A DNA stretch of 64,000 bases from Verrucomicrobiota bacterium. Its GTDB lineage: Bacteria; Verrucomicrobiota; Verrucomicrobiia; Limisphaerales; CAIQOK01. The notes under the pieces are model-generated. The model was not told the origin of the DNA, did not search any database, and worked only from the letters and a program-made list of their open reading frames with translations. A program made the translations under genes and the position numbers. Positions 61,254-64,000 of this stretch are shown one piece after another (the stretch's first letter is position 1; every line of letters starts with the position of its first letter). The stretch is from assembly GCA_046346715.1 (NCBI GenBank), contig JAXMHO010000001.1:187051-251050 (forward strand), in the 5' to 3' direction.

Positions 61254-64000
61254 TTACTGGGCGCCGGCCGGTGACGCAAAGCCTGTCTGCGTGAACGGCA
61301 GGTCCTCATCCAAATGCACACGGTTGCCGGCCGGATCAAGAATCGTCGGCGTGACAAAGATGAGCAGGTTCTGCTTGCTCGTCTTGTTCTGCTCGCTGCG
61401 GAACAAACGTCCCACAAACGGCAGATCACCCAGCACGGGCAGCTGGTCTTTGACGCGGGTGACGTTGTCCGAAATCAAACCGCCGAGGACCACCGTCTGG
61501 CCATCCCAGACAATGCAGCTGGTGGTGATGGAGCGGACACGGAAGCGCGGCAACGGCAACTGCGCCGTGAGCGGCAGTCCCGTTCCCTGCTGGGCCTGAA
61601 TCACGAACTGACCCGGATCATCGTAGCCGAGGAATTCCACCAGGCTCGGAATCAGGGTCATCTGGATCGTGTAGCCATCCGCGGAAACATACGGAATCAC
61701 GTCGATGGTCGGTCCCAGCGGAATCGGCGTCGCCGTAGGCGTGATCGCCTGCTGCGACTGCTGCAACACCGTATTACCACCCGTGGCGGCTGCTGTGCCA
61801 CCGCCATTGCCGCCGCCTTGGTTCACACCGCTGTCGGTGACGATGTAGCGCAAATCTACCGCCTGGAACTGCGTTTGACGGCCGCTCAACGTGGTCACGT
61901 TCCCGTCCGTCAGTTCATCCACGCCATCACGCTGCTGCAAGGCACGCAGCACCATCTTGAATTGAGGATCGGTGAGGATGCCGGTAAGCGAACCCACGGC
62001 CGGAGCGTTCACCGTGTTGCGTAGACCCGAGGTCAGAAGTCCGTCGGAATTTGCCGGCGTGGTGGCCGTGCCGAACAAGGTGCTCCCAGGGAAGGTTCCC
62101 TCCGGATTCACCGACGACGGCGCACCGTTCAGGCTGGGCTGGGTGCCGCCGGAACCGACCGCTTGTCCACCAACACGGAAATTGCCGAGATACCAGTCAA
62201 AGCCCAGCGCCTTGGTGTCGTTCTGGGTGACTTCGACAAACTTGACGCGGATGTTCACCTGGGGCGGAGCAACGTTGAGGGTCTGAATCGCCTGCTCGAT
62301 GATGTCCAAGTCTTCAGACGTCGCCCGGACCCACAAGGAGCCTTCGCGGTCGTTGAAGAACACGCTCTTCGGCGGATCGAGATTCACGCCTTCCGCACGG
62401 AAGAAATTGATGACCTGAGCCTGAACCAGAGACATGTTCTGGATGGAGGTCACGGCCGTGATGCCGTTGCCGCTACCGTTGGCACCGGCCTGACCGCCTT
62501 GACCAGCCTGGCCGCCGCGGTTGCCGCCGCCGCCTTGACCGCCACGGTTGCCACCACCGCTGCCGCCACCGGCAACGGTCACCTTGGGCAAGATGCTGCC
62601 ACCACCGCTGCCGCTTTGCCCGCCACCACCGCCGCCGCCGCTACGACCGCCGCCACCACCACCACCGCGGCCACCACCACCGCCACCGCCGCCACTACCG
62701 CCGGTGGTCTCAGAGAAATCAAAGCCTTCAACCGCTTCCAAGCCTTGCTGGAAGGTGTTCGGATCCACCTTGAAACGGCGGCTGATCAAAGGCGCGGCCT
62801 CGTTGCCCTTTAAGGAGAACTCAATCGTGTAATCCTTGATCGTATATTTGATGGGATGATCCGCCACCGTCACAATCGCATCCAAGGCGTCCGCCAAACG
62901 GATGTCGGAGAGGCCGGGGTTGATGCGGATATGAACGTCGTTGTTCAAATCGAGCTGTTCCGCCTGGGGAGCCGGAGCCGCAATGGGGAGGCCGGTCGCC
63001 GGATCGGTCAACGGCTGAACCGGGGCCGGAGCCCGGAAGCCGTCGCCGCCACCGCCGAATTGACCGCCAAGGCCATTGCCGACCACTGGAGTGGTCGCCA
63101 CGGTCTGTGCCGCCGAGGGTGAGGAATTAATCAGAAAATTGATGCCACGGTTGTTGGGATCGCGTTTCTTCGTGAGCTGGCTCAGCGTGCGCACGACTTC
63201 GGACAGCGGCACGGCCTCCTGGAATTCAAAATTGTCGAGGCGGATTGAATCCAGCTTGCTCATGATGATCTGCCGCTCGCGACTGGTGTTGATTATGTTG
63301 GTCTTCGCATAAGGATTCGGAACCGGAAGACTTTCGCGCTTGGTGGAATCGCGCCAGGAGTCCTGCACCTTTACGATCTTGGTCTGATTGTCGAGATTGC
63401 GTCCCGCAGTCGAACGCTTGTAGCGGGCGTTTTGAACCAGGCCCGAGTAGTAAACAATGGTCTCATTGCCCGGATCGAGCTTCATCGCCTGCCGGAGCTT
63501 GGCGTCGGCTTCATCAAATTTGTCGTTCTGCAAAAGCACGCGAGCGTCCTGAACCAGGATCGCGGCTTCTTCGCGCTGCTTCTGAATGGTCGGGAGCTGA
63601 TCGAGCACATCCTGATTCGGAGTGAACTTTTTCTGTTCGGCAAGCAGGGCGTTGTTCTTGGCCTGAAACTCCCGGGCCGCGTTGTCATGGCTGTTCACGC
63701 GCAGCACGTCCTCGATGTGTGTCTTGGCTTCGCGGAAATCACCGCGTTTTTGTGCATCCTTGGCGAGATCCATGCGGGCGGCGGTGAGTCCCGCCACGGT
63801 CTGCTTTCGCTCGGCGTCAACCCCGGGGCCGATTCCCACGATAAGCGCCCAGGCCTCATCGTAGTCCTTAGCGGCCGCCGGCAGATCACGCCGCTCTTCA
63901 GCAACCCGGGCATCCATCAGCTTCTGGCGGAGGGTGATGCGGTCGGCTTGACGGCGCAGGGCTTCCTTCACAGCCATGTCCGTATCCGTCTGGGCGGAGG
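61254..64000 (-). CDS. secretin (GspD/PilQ superfamily) with a helical TPR-like N-terminus; 5' end beyond the window
   Basis: Secretin domain: VNIRVKFVEVTQND..., DQLPVLGDLPFVGRLFRSEQ, NLLIFVTPTIL. The frame stays open from the first Met (63977) to position 64000. Confidence 0.85.
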   Translation of the reverse strand, partial: SAQTDTDMAVKEALRRQADRITLRQKLMDARVAEERRDLPAAAKDYDEAWALIVGIGPGVDAERKQTVAGLTAARMDLAKDAQKRGDFREAKTHIEDVLRVNSHDNAAREFQAKNNALLAEQKKFTPNQDVLDQLPTIQKQREEAAILVQDARVLLQNDKFDEADAKLRQAMKLDPGNETIVYYSGLVQNARYKRSTAGRNLDNQTKIVKVQDSWRDSTKRESLPVPNPYAKTNIINTSRERQIIMSKLDSIRLDNFEFQEAVPLSEVVRTLSQLTKKRDPNNRGINFLINSSPSAAQTVATTPVVGNGLGGQFGGGGDGFRAPAPVQPLTDPATGLPIAAPAPQAEQLDLNNDVHIRINPGLSDIRLADALDAIVTVADHPIKYTIKDYTIEFSLKGNEAAPLISRRFKVDPNTFQQGLEAVEGFDFSETTGGSGGGGGGGGRGGGGGGGRSGGGGGGGQSGSGGGSILPKVTVAGGGSGGGNRGGQGGGGNRGGQAGQGGQAGANGSGNGITAVTSIQNMSLVQAQVINFFRAEGVNLDPPKSVFFNDREGSLWVRATSEDLDIIEQAIQTLNVAPPQVNIRVKFVEVTQNDTKALGFDWYLGNFRVGGQAVGSGGTQPSLNGAPSSVNPEGTFPGSTLFGTATTPANSDGLLTSGLRNTVNAPAVGSLTGILTDPQFKMVLRALQQRDGVDELTDGNVTTLSGRQTQFQAVDLRYIVTDSGVNQGGGNGGGTAAATGGNTVLQQSQQAITPTATPIPLGPTIDVIPYVSADGYTIQMTLIPSLVEFLGYDDPGQFVIQAQQGTGLPLTAQLPLPRFRVRSITTSCIVWDGQTVVLGGLISDNVTRVKDQLPVLGDLPFVGRLFRSEQNKTSKQNLLIFVTPTILDPAGNRVHLDEDLPFTQTGFASPAGAQ
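62463..62708 (-). repeat. low-complexity Gly/Arg/Gln/Asn-rich insertion (about 82 aa) inside the secretin periplasmic region
   Basis: TTGGSGGGGGGGGRGGGGGGGRSGGGGGGGQSGSGGGSILPKVTVAGGGSGGGNRGGQGGGGNRGGQAGQGGQAGANGSGNG, encoded by GGY/CGY-rich DNA. Confidence 0.85.

Noticed and set aside
62463-62708. Highly repetitive GGC/GGT-rich DNA that could be mistaken for a tandem-repeat locus or a CRISPR-like array
   Set aside because: It has no regular repeat-spacer periodicity. It is in frame within the secretin ORF and encodes a poly-Gly/Arg tract.

Overview
A 64-kb, high-GC (about 60% by eye) bacterial chromosomal segment. The protein repertoire looks PVC/Verrucomicrobia-like, which is an inference: DUF11, Calx-beta and delta-60 giant proteins, small FYR-motif terminal domains, 7-nt tandem repeats and weak Shine-Dalgarno signals. 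Many long ORFs in the track are antisense shadows of real genes. Layout, left to right: (1) A SNF2 helicase running off the left edge; it is missing from the ORF track because it has no stop in the window. (2) Housekeeping and envelope genes: ygfZ-like, a glycine-zipper protein, an LpoB / lipoprotein / YcfL-like cluster, and DAHP synthase. (3) A lower-GC MmeI-family type IIL restriction-modification gene, bracketed by REP/MITE-like repeats. (4) A tightly packed 9-gene minus-strand operon (15407-27477) with two ABC-2 permeases, two ABC ATPases, three consecutive SPFH (HflK/C-like) proteins and a P1B heavy-metal ATPase. As given, two of its genes carry 1-nt frameshifts. (5) A fluoride module: an N-T-type CLC-F antiporter, a 40-aa possible DUF190 remnant and a non-canonical candidate crcB riboswitch. 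(6) Housekeeping genes: rsmD, dienelactone hydrolase, DUF554, gmhA, a thioredoxin-like protein, iscA, hscB and coaE. This stretch also holds a candidate sigma-54-driven sRNA with a strong terminator. (7) The most unusual part is a minus-strand operon of at least 28 kb (35714 to the right edge). It is headed by a secretin carrying an 82-aa Gly/Arg-rich insertion and is followed by five Sec-signal proteins of 804, 797, 1387, about 3143 and 2298 aa. All five end in Pro-stop, two share an unassigned C-terminal domain of about 320 aa, and two share CARDB-like + P-domain + DUF11 supermodules. No rRNA, tRNA, CRISPR array or intact transposase was found.
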